Source: an uncultured Bacillota bacterium (lineage in GTDB: Bacteria; Bacillota_I; Bacilli_A; RF39; UBA660). From it: a stretch of DNA of 58,226 nt. Below are positions 1-10,428 of the stretch, piece after piece (the first letter of the stretch is position 1; the number at the start of each line of letters is the position of its first letter). Below the pieces are notes generated by a model. It was not told the origin of the DNA and did not search any database. It saw only the letters and a program-made list of their open reading frames with translations. The position numbers and the translations under genes were made by a program. The DNA lies in the NCBI GenBank assembly GCA_947168485.1, contig CAMVLZ010000006.1, positions 1-58,226 of the forward strand, given 5' to 3'.

Positions 1-2
1 AT

Positions 3-377
3 ATGGGTGTTAAATTACCATTTATTGCTTCTATTGTAGTTGGAACTATCCAGTTAGGAGCAACTATAGACTATGCAATACTTATGGCTACTACATATAA
101 AAAGAATAGATTAAAGTATAAAAAGAATGATGCTATGAAAGAGACTTTATCTTTTGTTACTCCTAGTATTATTACATCAGCACTATGTTTCTTTGCAGCG
201 ACAATTGGAGTAGGATTTTATACTAAGATTGATATGATTGGATCTATTTGTACATTATTATCTCGTGGATCTATTATTTCAATGTTTGTAGTATTACTAT
301 TAGTACCTAGTTTATTAACTACATTTGATAAAGTTATTATGAAAACTACTAAAGGAGGTAGAGATTATGTTAAATAA
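3..377 (+). CDS. MMPL/RND-family membrane transporter, C-terminal fragment (5'-truncated)
   Basis: TM segments with the MMPL-like motif IQLGATIDYAIL and the ...LLSRGSIISM...LLVPSLL tail. Confidence 0.8.
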   Translation: MGVKLPFIASIVVGTIQLGATIDYAILMATTYKKNRLKYKKNDAMKETLSFVTPSIITSALCFFAATIGVGFYTKIDMIGSICTLLSRGSIISMFVVLLLVPSLLTTFDKVIMKTTKGGRDYVK

Positions 378-2037
378 GAAAATATTATTATTTATATTTA
401 GTATTTTATTATTACCAGTTAGTATATTTGCATATGATAAAAATGAGTTTGTTTATACTAATATTGATTCTAATGGAAAAGAAAGTGATAAGATTGTTAA
501 TAATGAATTATTATTAAAAGATAAGGGTACTATAGAAGATGAGACTTATCTTAAAGATATATTAAATATTAATGGTGATGAGAGTTTTTCATTAAAGAAT
601 AATAGATTATTATGGAAAAGTATTGGTAATTCTATTATGTATCAAGGTAAAATTGATAAGAAAAATCCTGTTAATGTAGATATTAAATATTATTTAAATG
701 ATAAAGAAGTTAAATATAAAGATATTCTTAATAAGAGTGGTAATATTACAATTAAATATATATTTGATAATACTATGTATAATTCAGAATATGGATTACA
801 TACTCCTTTTGTTATGAGTATGGGTTGTATTCTTAAAGATAAGTCTATTAAAGATATTAGTATAAATAATGGTAAAGTTATTAATATTGGTAATAGATTT
901 GTTATAGTTGGGATTGCTGCTCCTGGATTATATGATGATTTAAAATTAGATAAATTATCTAGTTTAGATACTATTGAGATTAATTATAAAACTGATAAAT
1001 TTAAGATGGGAGAAGTATATTTAGTAGGTAGTCCTAAAGTATTAGATGAAACTGATTTAGATGTATTTAATAGATTAGATAATGGTTTAAATCAAGTTAA
1101 TTTATTACAATCAGGTATTAATAAGATTAGTAATGGTAGTAATCAATTAAAGAATGGTTTAAATAAATATAATTCTAATTTTAAAACTTATAAAGATGGT
1201 ATTAATAGAGTTAATAATGGTTCTAATGAGTTAGCTTCTAAATATAATGAATTAGATAATGGTATTAATACTTTATATAGTAAAGTTAATGGTAGTTTAG
1301 ATTCTGTTAATAGTTTAAAAGAGGGATCTAATGATGTATCTAATGGTGTTAATGAATTAACTAATTCTACTTATAATTTATATAGTAATTTAATTAATAA
1401 GTATAAAGAAAATAATTCTATTATTAATTCTCTTAGTGAAAAGTATAATACATGTATACAAGTAATTAGTATGGATGGAGTAGATGAAACTACTAAGAAT
1501 AATTGTATGGAAGTTATTAGTGGTTATAATCAATTAAATGGAGCTAATAGTGCTATAAGTACAATTGTTACTAGTAGTTTAGGTATACCTAGTATGGATT
1601 ATGCAGATTATGCTTTAAATCAAATGAAGAGTACTAAATTAGATAAATTAAATGATGGAGCTAATGCTGTTAGTAATGGTAATTCTTTACTTAATAGTAA
1701 CTTAAATGAAATGAATAATGGTTTATATGAATTAAAGAATGGTTCATCTTTAGTAAAAGATTCTCTTAATACTTTAGCTAATGGTACTAATAAGATTAAT
1801 AATGCTACTAAAGAATTATATGATGGATCAAATAAATTATTAGATGGTATTAATTCATTAGATAAAGGTATTAATGAATTTAATGGTAGTGGTATTAGTA
1901 AATTAAGTAATTTATCTAATAAAGTAAAAGGTTACTCAAATAAATTTAAAAATTTAGTTAAATTATCTAAATCTTATAATGGATTTAGTAGTGATAATGC
2001 GACTAATACTACTTTTATTTATAAAGTTAATTATTAA
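367..2037 (+). CDS. Secreted YhgE/Pip-like protein with X-X-X-Leu-X-X-Gly heptad repeats
   Basis: Signal peptide; repeated heptads such as GSNQLKNG, GSNELASK, GANAVSNG; overlaps the MMPL gene, a common pairing. Confidence 0.7.
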   Translation: MLNKKILLFIFSILLLPVSIFAYDKNEFVYTNIDSNGKESDKIVNNELLLKDKGTIEDETYLKDILNINGDESFSLKNNRLLWKSIGNSIMYQGKIDKKNPVNVDIKYYLNDKEVKYKDILNKSGNITIKYIFDNTMYNSEYGLHTPFVMSMGCILKDKSIKDISINNGKVINIGNRFVIVGIAAPGLYDDLKLDKLSSLDTIEINYKTDKFKMGEVYLVGSPKVLDETDLDVFNRLDNGLNQVNLLQSGINKISNGSNQLKNGLNKYNSNFKTYKDGINRVNNGSNELASKYNELDNGINTLYSKVNGSLDSVNSLKEGSNDVSNGVNELTNSTYNLYSNLINKYKENNSIINSLSEKYNTCIQVISMDGVDETTKNNCMEVISGYNQLNGANSAISTIVTSSLGIPSMDYADYALNQMKSTKLDKLNDGANAVSNGNSLLNSNLNEMNNGLYELKNGSSLVKDSLNTLANGTNKINNATKELYDGSNKLLDGINSLDKGINEFNGSGISKLSNLSNKVKGYSNKFKNLVKLSKSYNGFSSDNATNTTFIYKVNY

Positions 2038-2062
2038 AAAGAAGAGTAATCTTCTTTTTTTT
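2036..2062 (+). terminator. Rho-independent terminator
   Basis: AAAAAGAAGA-gtaa-TCTTCTTTTTTTT hairpin plus T-run. Confidence 0.7.
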
Positions 2063-2095
2063 AAGAATTTGTGGTATATTTAATATGGTGATGAT

Positions 2096-3859
2096 ATGAA
2101 TTTATTTACTAATTTACAACACTTTTTTGGTAATTTATTTAGAAAAGAGAGTAATGAACCTTGGTTAGGGTTTTATTCTAAAGAAGAAAGAAGTATTAAA
2201 TTTACTAAGAAAACTATATATGAATATTTAAGAGATAATGTTAAAGAAGAAGATTATGATTATATAGCTTTGAATTATTTTAATACTAAGATTAATTATA
2301 GAGAGATGTTTAAAAATATTAATATAGCTGCGAGAGGATTAAGATCTTTGGGCGTAAAAGAAGGAGATATTGTTAGTATATGTTTACCTAATATGCCTGA
2401 AGCTATATATGTATTTTATGCTTGTAATAAGATAGGGGCAGTTGCTGATTTTATACATCCTTTATCTAGTCCTGAACAAATGAAATTATATTTAGAAGAG
2501 AATAAGAGTAGAGTTTTATTCTTAGTAGATTTTGATTATGATAAGATGCATGAAGTTATACAAGGAAGTAAAGTATATAGAACTATATTAGTTTCTCCTA
2601 AAGAGAGTATGCCTCCTTTATTATTTGCTGGATATACTTTGACTAGATCTATTACTATGAAAAAACCTAAGTTTGGAGATAGTGATTATATAAGTTGGGT
2701 TGATTTTTATAATATTGGAGTTTCTTATAAGAAAGAAGTATCTACTAATATGAAATATGATGATTTAGCTATTATACTTCATAGTGGAGGTACTACTGGT
2801 TCTCCTAAGGGTATTATGATATCTAATTATAATTTTAATGCTGAGAGTCAACAAGATGCGGTTAATGTATATGATGTTAGACCTGGAGATAAGATTTTAA
2901 CAATACTTCCAATATTCCATGGATTTGGATTATGTGTTTGTGTACATACACCTTTATGTTTAAGAGTTGAAACTATACTTATGCCTGAATATGATGCGGG
3001 TAGATTTTATAAGATTATGAAATATGATAGACCTCATGTAATACTTGGAGTTCCTACATTATGGGAAGGTATGATGAATAATCCTAAATTTGATAAAGTT
3101 GATATGAGTCAATTTAAATATATAATTTCTGGAGGAGATCATTTAACTCCTGCTCAAGAGACTAAGATTAATAATTTCTTACATAAGAGAGGATGTAGAA
3201 TTAATATTATGAAGGGTTATGGTATGACTGAGTCTGTAGCGGCAGTATGTTATACTTTCCCTGGAGCTAATGAGATTGGATCTATTGGTATACCTATGGT
3301 AGGTAATGTTATTAAAATAGTTAATCCTGATACTTTAGAAGAAGTTCCTATAGGAGAAGAGGGAGAAATTATTATTAATGGTCCTACTGTAATGATGGGT
3401 TATTTAAATAAACCTGATGAAACTAAAAAAGTTGTTTTTAAGGATAAGAATGGAGAGAAATGGTTAAGAACAGGAGATATAGGTTATATGGCTCCTACTG
3501 GATTTATCTATTTTACTCAAAGATTAAAGAGAATGATAGTTGTATCTGGATTTAATGTATATCCATCTCAAATAGAAGACGTTATAGCAGAGCATCCTGC
3601 AGTAAAACAAGTTTCAGTAATAGGAATACCTCATAAATATAAAATGGCTGTTCCTAAGGCTTATATTGTATTAAATGAAGGTGTTACTGATAGTGAAGCA
3701 AGAATTAGACATGAAATAAAAGAAATATGTAAAGAAAAACTATCAGTTTATTCTCAACCAAAAGATTTTGAGTTTAGAGATACTCTTCCTAAGACTTTAA
3801 TGAATAAAATTGATTATAAAAAGTTAGAAGAAGAACATATGAATAAAGAGAACAATTAG
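2096..3859 (+). CDS. Long-chain fatty acid--CoA ligase (AMP-binding family)
   Basis: HSGGTTGSPKG P-loop, GYGMTE, WLRTGDIG and NVYPSQIE motifs. Confidence 0.88.
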   Translation: MNLFTNLQHFFGNLFRKESNEPWLGFYSKEERSIKFTKKTIYEYLRDNVKEEDYDYIALNYFNTKINYREMFKNINIAARGLRSLGVKEGDIVSICLPNMPEAIYVFYACNKIGAVADFIHPLSSPEQMKLYLEENKSRVLFLVDFDYDKMHEVIQGSKVYRTILVSPKESMPPLLFAGYTLTRSITMKKPKFGDSDYISWVDFYNIGVSYKKEVSTNMKYDDLAIILHSGGTTGSPKGIMISNYNFNAESQQDAVNVYDVRPGDKILTILPIFHGFGLCVCVHTPLCLRVETILMPEYDAGRFYKIMKYDRPHVILGVPTLWEGMMNNPKFDKVDMSQFKYIISGGDHLTPAQETKINNFLHKRGCRINIMKGYGMTESVAAVCYTFPGANEIGSIGIPMVGNVIKIVNPDTLEEVPIGEEGEIIINGPTVMMGYLNKPDETKKVVFKDKNGEKWLRTGDIGYMAPTGFIYFTQRLKRMIVVSGFNVYPSQIEDVIAEHPAVKQVSVIGIPHKYKMAVPKAYIVLNEGVTDSEARIRHEIKEICKEKLSVYSQPKDFEFRDTLPKTLMNKIDYKKLEEEHMNKENN

Positions 3860-3880
3860 TTCTCTTTTTTATTGGTATAA

Positions 3881-3909
3881 TTGACTTTTTTACACTTTTA
3901 TGATATAAT
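3881..3909 (+). promoter_or_regulatory. Sigma-A promoter
   Basis: TTGACT-17 bp-TATAAT with extended -10 TG. Confidence 0.7.
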
Positions 3910-3936
3910 GTGTATCGTTATTTAAGGGGGATAAGT

Positions 3937-4668
3937 ATGAATAACGAAACAAGAAATATTCTAAATAATAATATTCATGAAATTATTGATAAGTTTGTTG
4001 CAAGAGAGAATAAAAATTCTTTAAGTAATTTAAAAGCTTGTAAAGAGAGTTTATTATTTATTGAAGATCATAAAGATGATTTTGATGATAGACTTGTACG
4101 TAAACATGTATATAATTCATTACAAAATATTGATCATTTTGCTCTTATTGATTATTACAAAAGTGATTTTAGTTCTAATGATGCTATAAAGGTATGTGAT
4201 GATATAGTTAATAAAAATAATGATTATTTAGCTTATTTAGTTGCTGCTACTTATGATAAGGATGTTTTACAAGAAGTTATTGATAAGTATATGAATTATA
4301 TTGAAAATCCTAAATGTAGCGAGATACCTGGTGTTTTTACTGCTAAATCATTATATACTTTTAGAGTAGTTAATGGTGTTGTTCCAAAGTTTCCAGAATA
4401 TAAATATGATAAAGCTGGATATGGTCATATTGCTTATAAATTTGCTAGAACTGTATTAGATGAATCATTTGAAAGAGCTGCAAATAAGAATTATAACTCT
4501 GAAATTTCTAATGAAGGTATTGATTTTGATAATAAAATACAAGATTTAATGAATGAATATCATGATATACAAGAACAAAAACAAAATTTAAATAATCGTG
4601 AAAAAGTTTTATTAAAAGAAATTTCTTCTACTAAAGCTAAAGCTAATGCTGTTAGAAGAAAAAAATAA
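3937..4668 (+). CDS. Orphan hypothetical protein with basic C-terminal tail
   Basis: ORF track 3910; start moved to the ATG after the GGGGG SD; no recognisable domain; ends KAKANAVRRKK. Confidence 0.75.
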   Translation: MNNETRNILNNNIHEIIDKFVARENKNSLSNLKACKESLLFIEDHKDDFDDRLVRKHVYNSLQNIDHFALIDYYKSDFSSNDAIKVCDDIVNKNNDYLAYLVAATYDKDVLQEVIDKYMNYIENPKCSEIPGVFTAKSLYTFRVVNGVVPKFPEYKYDKAGYGHIAYKFARTVLDESFERAANKNYNSEISNEGIDFDNKIQDLMNEYHDIQEQKQNLNNREKVLLKEISSTKAKANAVRRKK

Positions 4669-4750
4669 TTAGTTAAAGTACTCATATGGGTACTTTTTTT
4701 GATAATTAATTAAATGTTTGTTATAATTATATATATTTTTGAGGTGTATT

Positions 4751-5350
4751 ATGAATTACGATTATGAGATGACTAAACAATTAGAAAATATAAATTTAGG
4801 AGAAAAATTACTTCTACATGTTTGTTGTGCACCTTGTTCTTCTGCATGTATTGAAAGACTTGGTGATTATTTTGAGATAGTACTTTATTTCTATAATCCT
4901 AATATTACTGATGAAAATGAATATAATAAAAGACTTAATGAATTAAAAAGATTTGTTAGTGATATTAAAACTAAATTTGGTATTAGTGTAGTAGAAGGTA
5001 AATATGATCCTAAAGCATTCTTTGATATTAGTAAAGGTTTAGAAGATGAACCTGAGAGAGGTAAAAGATGCTACAAGTGTTATAAATTAAGACTAGAAGA
5101 TACTGCTAAAAAAGCTGATGAATTAAATATTAAGTATTTTGCTACTACTTTAACACTTTCTCCTTATAAGAGAGTTAATTGGGTTAATGAGATAGGTGAG
5201 GATTTAGATAAGATTTATGATTCTACTTATTTATATTCTGATTTTAAAAAGAAAAATGGTTATAAGAGAAGTATTGAATTAAGTAAAGAATATAATTTAT
5301 ATAGACAAGATTATTGTGGATGTGTTTATAGTTTAAGAGATAAAGATTAA
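4751..5350 (+). CDS. queH: Epoxyqueuosine reductase QueH (DUF208)
   Basis: LLLHVCCAPCS, YNPNI, RCYKCYKLRL and YRQDYCGC motifs; GAGGTG SD before ATG 4751. Confidence 0.92.
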   Translation: MNYDYEMTKQLENINLGEKLLLHVCCAPCSSACIERLGDYFEIVLYFYNPNITDENEYNKRLNELKRFVSDIKTKFGISVVEGKYDPKAFFDISKGLEDEPERGKRCYKCYKLRLEDTAKKADELNIKYFATTLTLSPYKRVNWVNEIGEDLDKIYDSTYLYSDFKKKNGYKRSIELSKEYNLYRQDYCGCVYSLRDKD

Positions 5351-5414
5351 TTTATCTTTTTTACTTTTAGTGTAGGTTAATAAATGTTATAATGATTTTA
5401 GAAGGTGATTAGAA

Positions 5415-6725
5415 ATGAAATATTATTGTATAGGTATAAAAGGAACTGGAATGAGTACTTTAGCTCAAATATTATTTGATTTAGGAAATGAAGTATCTGG
5501 TTATGATGATGCAAGAGATCGTAAATTTACTCAATTAGGATTAGAAGAAAGAGGAATTAAGATTTATTATGACCATGATCATGAAATAGATAAAGACACT
5601 ATTGTTACTTATAGTGTAGCATTTAAAGAAGATCATCCTGAGATGAAAAGAGTAAGAGAATTAGGCCTTACAATTAAACCTTATGGTGAGATTATGGGTG
5701 ATGTAGTTGATGAGTTTTCTACTATAGGTGTTAGTGGTACTCATGGTAAAACAACTACTTCTTCATTAATTAGACATGTATTAGAAGATAATGGTGGTTG
5801 CAACTATTTTATAGGTGCAGGAGATGGAATGGCTAAAAGAGAAAATGAATATTATGTAGTTGAAAGTGATGAATTTAATAGACATTTCTTATATTATCAC
5901 CCAAGATATTCTATTATTACTAATGTAGAAGAAGAACATATGGAAATATATGATGATATAGAAGATTTACGTAAGACATTTGAACAATTTGCTAATCAAA
6001 CTAAAGAATTAGTTATCGCAAATGGAGATAATGAAGTTATAAGAAAAATTAATTTCAAAACTAAAGTAATTTATTATGGATTTAATGAAGATAATGATTT
6101 AGTTATTAAGAATTGTAATTTTGGATCTAAAAACTCTGAATTTGATTTATTCTTACATGGAGAGTTATTAGGACACTTTGATTTACCACTATTTGGTAAA
6201 CATATGGTTATGAATGGAGCAGCTTGTATTGGATTATGTAATTATTTAGGAATAGATGTTAAAAAGATACATGATTCATTAGAGACATTTGTTAATGCTA
6301 AGAGAAGATTTGAAATTAAAGATTTAATTGATGGTACAGTTATTGTAGATGATTATGCTCATCATCCAACTGAAATTAAAGCTACTTTAGAAGCAGCTAG
6401 ACAAAGATATCCTGAAGAAAAGATAGTAGTTGTATTTAGGCCAAATACTTATTCGCGTATACAAGATTTTTGTGATAACTTTGTTACTTCTCTCGGTGTA
6501 GCAGATAAAGTATATTTAACTGAAGTTGTTGCTAACAGAGAGAAACAAGAGGATTATCCTGGTGTTACTTCTCATAATATTGGAGATAAGATAGAGAATT
6601 CAGAATTTGTTGATGAAGATAGTATGGATAAGTTAGTTAAAGAAAAGGGTAGTGTAGTTATGTTTATGGGATGTGCTGATAATTCACATTTGATAGAAAA
6701 CTATATTAAAGAATTAAAAAAGTAG
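5415..6725 (+). CDS. murC: UDP-N-acetylmuramate--L-alanine ligase
   Basis: IGIKGTGMS, GTHGKTTTS and DDYAHHPTEI motifs. Confidence 0.95.
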   Translation: MKYYCIGIKGTGMSTLAQILFDLGNEVSGYDDARDRKFTQLGLEERGIKIYYDHDHEIDKDTIVTYSVAFKEDHPEMKRVRELGLTIKPYGEIMGDVVDEFSTIGVSGTHGKTTTSSLIRHVLEDNGGCNYFIGAGDGMAKRENEYYVVESDEFNRHFLYYHPRYSIITNVEEEHMEIYDDIEDLRKTFEQFANQTKELVIANGDNEVIRKINFKTKVIYYGFNEDNDLVIKNCNFGSKNSEFDLFLHGELLGHFDLPLFGKHMVMNGAACIGLCNYLGIDVKKIHDSLETFVNAKRRFEIKDLIDGTVIVDDYAHHPTEIKATLEAARQRYPEEKIVVVFRPNTYSRIQDFCDNFVTSLGVADKVYLTEVVANREKQEDYPGVTSHNIGDKIENSEFVDEDSMDKLVKEKGSVVMFMGCADNSHLIENYIKELKK

Positions 6726-6767
6726 TTGTTTGAAGCTACTTTTTTTGTTATAATATTTTTGTTAAAT

Positions 6768-6844
6768 GGCCTGTTGGTGAAGTGGCTTAACACACTGCCC
6801 TCTCAAGGCAGCATTCACGGATTCGAATTCCGTACAGGCTACCA
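6768..6844 (+). tRNA. tRNA-Glu(CTC)
   Basis: Cloverleaf GGCCTGT/ACAGGCT, anticodon arm CTGCC-CTCTCAA-GGCAG, TTCGAAT T-loop, encoded CCA. Confidence 0.95.
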
Positions 6845-6893
6845 ATTGTTAATAACTAGGGTAACCTAGTTTTTTAAATATGAAGGTGGGTTT

Positions 6894-7436
6894 ATGTATA
6901 AAGAAAAAGTTGAATGGTTAAAGAATGCTAGAGAAATGATGAAAGACTTTCCAGTATGTGATAGTTTTGTTCTAGACTATGTTAAAAAAGAAGATGAAGT
7001 CTTTAAATATGAATTAAAATCTCTAGGTATAATTATGAATTCTATTAATAATAATCTTGATGATATTGATTATATTAATGAAATTCTTATTAATAGTAAA
7101 GATAAAGATATTCAAAATTTATGTTTAGAAGAGATGAATGAGAGAAAGAATAATATTATTAATTATTGTAATTTAGTTGATGACTTCTTCTTAAAAGATA
7201 GACTTATTAAACATTTTGATATTTTAAAAGAAGAAAGTGATAAAAAGATAGATGATTATAGTAAACATATATGTACTTATGTTTATAATAATTCTTATGT
7301 AAATGCGATTAATAAAGAAAAAAGAAAATTAAAGAATATTAATAGTTGTTTACTTGTATTGAATGGTCGTTGTCCAGAACTAATTAATAATTATACTGAT
7401 AATTTAAATAAGAAGCATAAATTGACTTTAATATAG
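6894..7436 (+). CDS. Orphan hypothetical protein (helical, basic C-terminal tail)
   Basis: ORF with GAAGGTGG SD; ends KKHKLTLI. Confidence 0.7.
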   Translation: MYKEKVEWLKNAREMMKDFPVCDSFVLDYVKKEDEVFKYELKSLGIIMNSINNNLDDIDYINEILINSKDKDIQNLCLEEMNERKNNIINYCNLVDDFFLKDRLIKHFDILKEESDKKIDDYSKHICTYVYNNSYVNAINKEKRKLKNINSCLLVLNGRCPELINNYTDNLNKKHKLTLI

Positions 7437-7521
7437 TATGACATGTCTTATAATTTTGACATGTTTTTACTTGTAAAAAATTAGTAATTATAATAAAATT
7501 ATTATAGTAGGAGTTGGTAGT

Positions 7522-8412
7522 ATGAATAATCAAAGTGTTAATAATATTCCTAATCAAACAGTACAAGGACAAGTAGCTCAACCTACTAATCAACCTGTTG
7601 CTCAACCTGTTGTTCAAAATACTGTTCCTGTTCAACCACAAGCAGCTACTCAACCAGTAAATAATGTAAAAACTAAAAAGAGTAAATCAGGTGTTGTTAT
7701 TATATTATTATTAATTATTATTTTAGGGTTAGCTGGTGGATGTTATTACTTTTATGATCAAAATAATCAAACTATTGATTATTATAAAAATTATTATAGT
7801 CCAGTTACTGCTGATGAAATGACTAAATTAGATTTAGAATCTACTATAGTAAAGGATTTATATGCAACATTTAGTACTACTGTTGAAGAAGATTATTTTG
7901 CTAAAGATTATAGTAGTAATACTATGAAATTATATATTGCTTTGAAGAATGTTAATATTAGAGATTATTTAAATTCTAATTGTAATATGTATGATAATAC
8001 TAAGTTGCAACATTTTACTTGTTCTGGTAATTTTACTCCTAAAGCTATAGATGAAAATGTTGTTAAACTTAAATTAAAACAGTTATATGGTGATAATAAT
8101 AATGTAGAATTAACTGATGTTCAGTTATCTAATTCTTGTTATGGAGGATATCAATATATATCTGGTAGAAAACAATTTGTACAAGGTAAATGTGCTGGTA
8201 ATGTAGAATGTTTAGTTCAAGCAGAAAAAGAATTAATTAGTGCCACTAGTACTAAGAGTGGTGTTGAATTAAGAGAACAAGTTAGATATTATTCTACTAA
8301 TATTTCTGTTCCTGATTATTTAAAGAGTGGTATTTATATATATAAATTTAGATTAGATAATAATTATAATTATGTATTAATGAGTAAAGAATTAAGCGAG
8401 GAGAGAGGTTAA
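7522..8412 (+). CDS. Membrane-anchored surface protein (Q/P-rich N-terminus, one TM, Cys-containing ectodomain)
   Basis: AGGAG SD; TM VVIILLLIIILGLAGG; motifs shared with 47938-48924 and 55282-56151. Confidence 0.8.
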   Translation: MNNQSVNNIPNQTVQGQVAQPTNQPVAQPVVQNTVPVQPQAATQPVNNVKTKKSKSGVVIILLLIIILGLAGGCYYFYDQNNQTIDYYKNYYSPVTADEMTKLDLESTIVKDLYATFSTTVEEDYFAKDYSSNTMKLYIALKNVNIRDYLNSNCNMYDNTKLQHFTCSGNFTPKAIDENVVKLKLKQLYGDNNNVELTDVQLSNSCYGGYQYISGRKQFVQGKCAGNVECLVQAEKELISATSTKSGVELREQVRYYSTNISVPDYLKSGIYIYKFRLDNNYNYVLMSKELSEERG

Positions 8413-8945
8413 TGGAAGTAATTAGATTAGTTACTGGGTTACTAGATGAAAACTGTTATATATTGAAAGATGATAATAATACATGCTTATTAGTAGATCC
8501 GGGTGATGATTATCATGATATTAAAGATAAAATAGGAGATAGTAAATTATTAGGTATTTTAATTACTCATTCTCATTTTGATCATATTGGTGCTTTAAGA
8601 AATTTTTTAAATAAAAAGAGTATTAAAATATATAAGAAGAGTAATTTAGTAGATGGAAAAGAATATGAAATAGGAGATTTTAAATTCAAAGCTTATTATA
8701 CTCCTGGACATAGTGCTGATTGTGTTAGTTTCTATTTTGAAGAAGATAAAGCTTTATTTGTAGGAGATTTTGTATTTAAAGGTAGTATAGGTAGATGTGA
8801 TTTACCTACTGGTTCTTCTGAAGAAATGGCTAAATCCATTAAATTTTTAAAAGAAACTTTTGATAAAGATACTACTTTATATACTGGTCATTATGAAATT
8901 ACTACTTTAGATGATGAAATAAAAACAAACCCTTACTTGAAATAG
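8412..8945 (+). CDS. MBL-fold metallo-hydrolase (glyoxalase II-like)
   Basis: THSHFDHIG, TPGHS and GDFVFKGSIGRCDLP motifs. Confidence 0.9.
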   Translation: MEVIRLVTGLLDENCYILKDDNNTCLLVDPGDDYHDIKDKIGDSKLLGILITHSHFDHIGALRNFLNKKSIKIYKKSNLVDGKEYEIGDFKFKAYYTPGHSADCVSFYFEEDKALFVGDFVFKGSIGRCDLPTGSSEEMAKSIKFLKETFDKDTTLYTGHYEITTLDDEIKTNPYLK

Positions 8946-8990
8946 GGCTTTTTCTTTGTTATAATAATCGACATATGAAGAGGTATTATT

Positions 8991-9293
8991 ATGCAAGTAT
9001 GGACTAAAGTAAGAATTAAAGATTTTAATAAAGAAGTTGATTATATTAGTAAGAGTTTTACTAACTATTTATATGGATATGGACCTATTTCTGATATACA
9101 AGCTAAATATGATATATCTGATGAAGATAGACATATTTTAGATCAATATGTTGCTAATAGAATAAGTGGCTTACTTATGTTATATATTGCAAGAGATACA
9201 AATAGAATAAATGATATAGTAAATAAATATAATGTTCCAGATGCTACTGTAGAAAAGATAGTACCTGAAATAGAAGGATATATTAATAAATAA
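8991..9293 (+). CDS. Hypothetical protein
   Basis: GAGGT SD, typical codon usage, followed by a terminator. Confidence 0.75.
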   Translation: MQVWTKVRIKDFNKEVDYISKSFTNYLYGYGPISDIQAKYDISDEDRHILDQYVANRISGLLMLYIARDTNRINDIVNKYNVPDATVEKIVPEIEGYINK

Positions 9294-9319
9294 AAAAAGT
9301 AGTTTAACAACTACTTTTT
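9294..9319. terminator. Bidirectional terminator between convergent genes
   Basis: AAAAAGTAGTT-taac-AACTACTTTTT. Confidence 0.7.
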
Positions 9320-9413
9320 AGCTTATAAAGATATAAACTAATCCTCCAACAATACTTAATAACATAGCAAATGCCATAACTACAATAATAACTTTCATTA
9401 ATTTGTTATCCAT
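9318..9413 (-). CDS. 31-aa single-pass membrane peptide MDNKLMKVIIVVMAFAMLLSIVGGLVYIFIS (DUF4044/Prli42-like); not in ORF track
   Basis: GAGGTG SD 7 nt before ATG, upstream TATAAT, stop at the bidirectional terminator. Confidence 0.75.
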   Translation of the reverse strand: MDNKLMKVIIVVMAFAMLLSIVGGLVYIFIS

Positions 9414-9561
9414 ATATTCCACCTCATTTATCATTATAACTTATTTTTTAATATTAGTAAATTTTTTTAACGTAAAATATATTTATTAAAAAATGTCAAT
9501 TTACACTTGATTAATTATTCTTTTGTGTATTATAATGTAATTGTAGGAGGGTTATAAAGAT

Positions 9562-10329
9562 ATGAAGGAGTTAAATAATGTACTTTCAGAACTTGGTATT
9601 AGTAAAGTTCGTTTAGCAAAATACTTAGGGGTATCAAGACAAATGCTTTATAATTATTTAGCTTTAGGAGATTTGTCAAAATGGCCTAAAGAAAAGTCAG
9701 TTAAGTTATTAACTTTATTAAATCTTGATAAGATTGAAGATTTAAAAGATAAAGAAATTAATGGTGACTATATTATTGAAGTTGAAAATAAATTAAATGA
9801 AGGTGTTAAAGATTCTTCAGATAAAGAATATGTATCTGACTTAAAAGGTTTCAATAAAAAAGAACAAGAATTAATGGCAGATATATTTAATTTAATGAAA
9901 GAAAAATTAAGTAATGATAAAACTAAGACATCTTTTAATACTTATGTTTATCTATATAACTTTTTAAATTCTATGGAGACTAATGATGAGTTAAGATATG
10001 TATTAGCTTATTTCTCTAAATCTTTAGGATTTACTTCTCCTATGGAATTTGCTTTCAATGAAGATAAACAATTTATATTTGAAAGTATTATATTTAGTGC
10101 TATGACTTTATATAATGGTGGTGGTTCTTCTAAATCTAAATTAGAAGCTGCTCATCAAAAGTTTGTACAAGATATTGAAAAGAAGAATGAAGAAAAACTA
10201 TCTCGTACTCAAGAGTTAAATGTAGCTAAAGTACAAGCTCTTAAAGAGTTAGGATTTACTGAAATAAATGATGATAATGCTAATGAAGTATTAGAAAAAA
10301 TAGCAGAAATTCAATCAAGAAAAGTTTAA
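9562..10329 (+). CDS. XRE/Cro-type helix-turn-helix protein with an uncharacterised C-terminal domain
   Basis: LGISKVRLAKYLGVSRQMLYNYL HTH; GGAGG SD; upstream TTGATT...TATAAT. Confidence 0.8.
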   Translation: MKELNNVLSELGISKVRLAKYLGVSRQMLYNYLALGDLSKWPKEKSVKLLTLLNLDKIEDLKDKEINGDYIIEVENKLNEGVKDSSDKEYVSDLKGFNKKEQELMADIFNLMKEKLSNDKTKTSFNTYVYLYNFLNSMETNDELRYVLAYFSKSLGFTSPMEFAFNEDKQFIFESIIFSAMTLYNGGGSSKSKLEAAHQKFVQDIEKKNEEKLSRTQELNVAKVQALKELGFTEINDDNANEVLEKIAEIQSRKV

Positions 10330-10428
10330 TACTTTTCTTTTTTTTGTAGGGTAGAGTAGTACTACATAGATTGATAAATTACTCTATTTGTGGTATAATA
10401 TGTCATTATTTATTGAGGGGGATTATTT

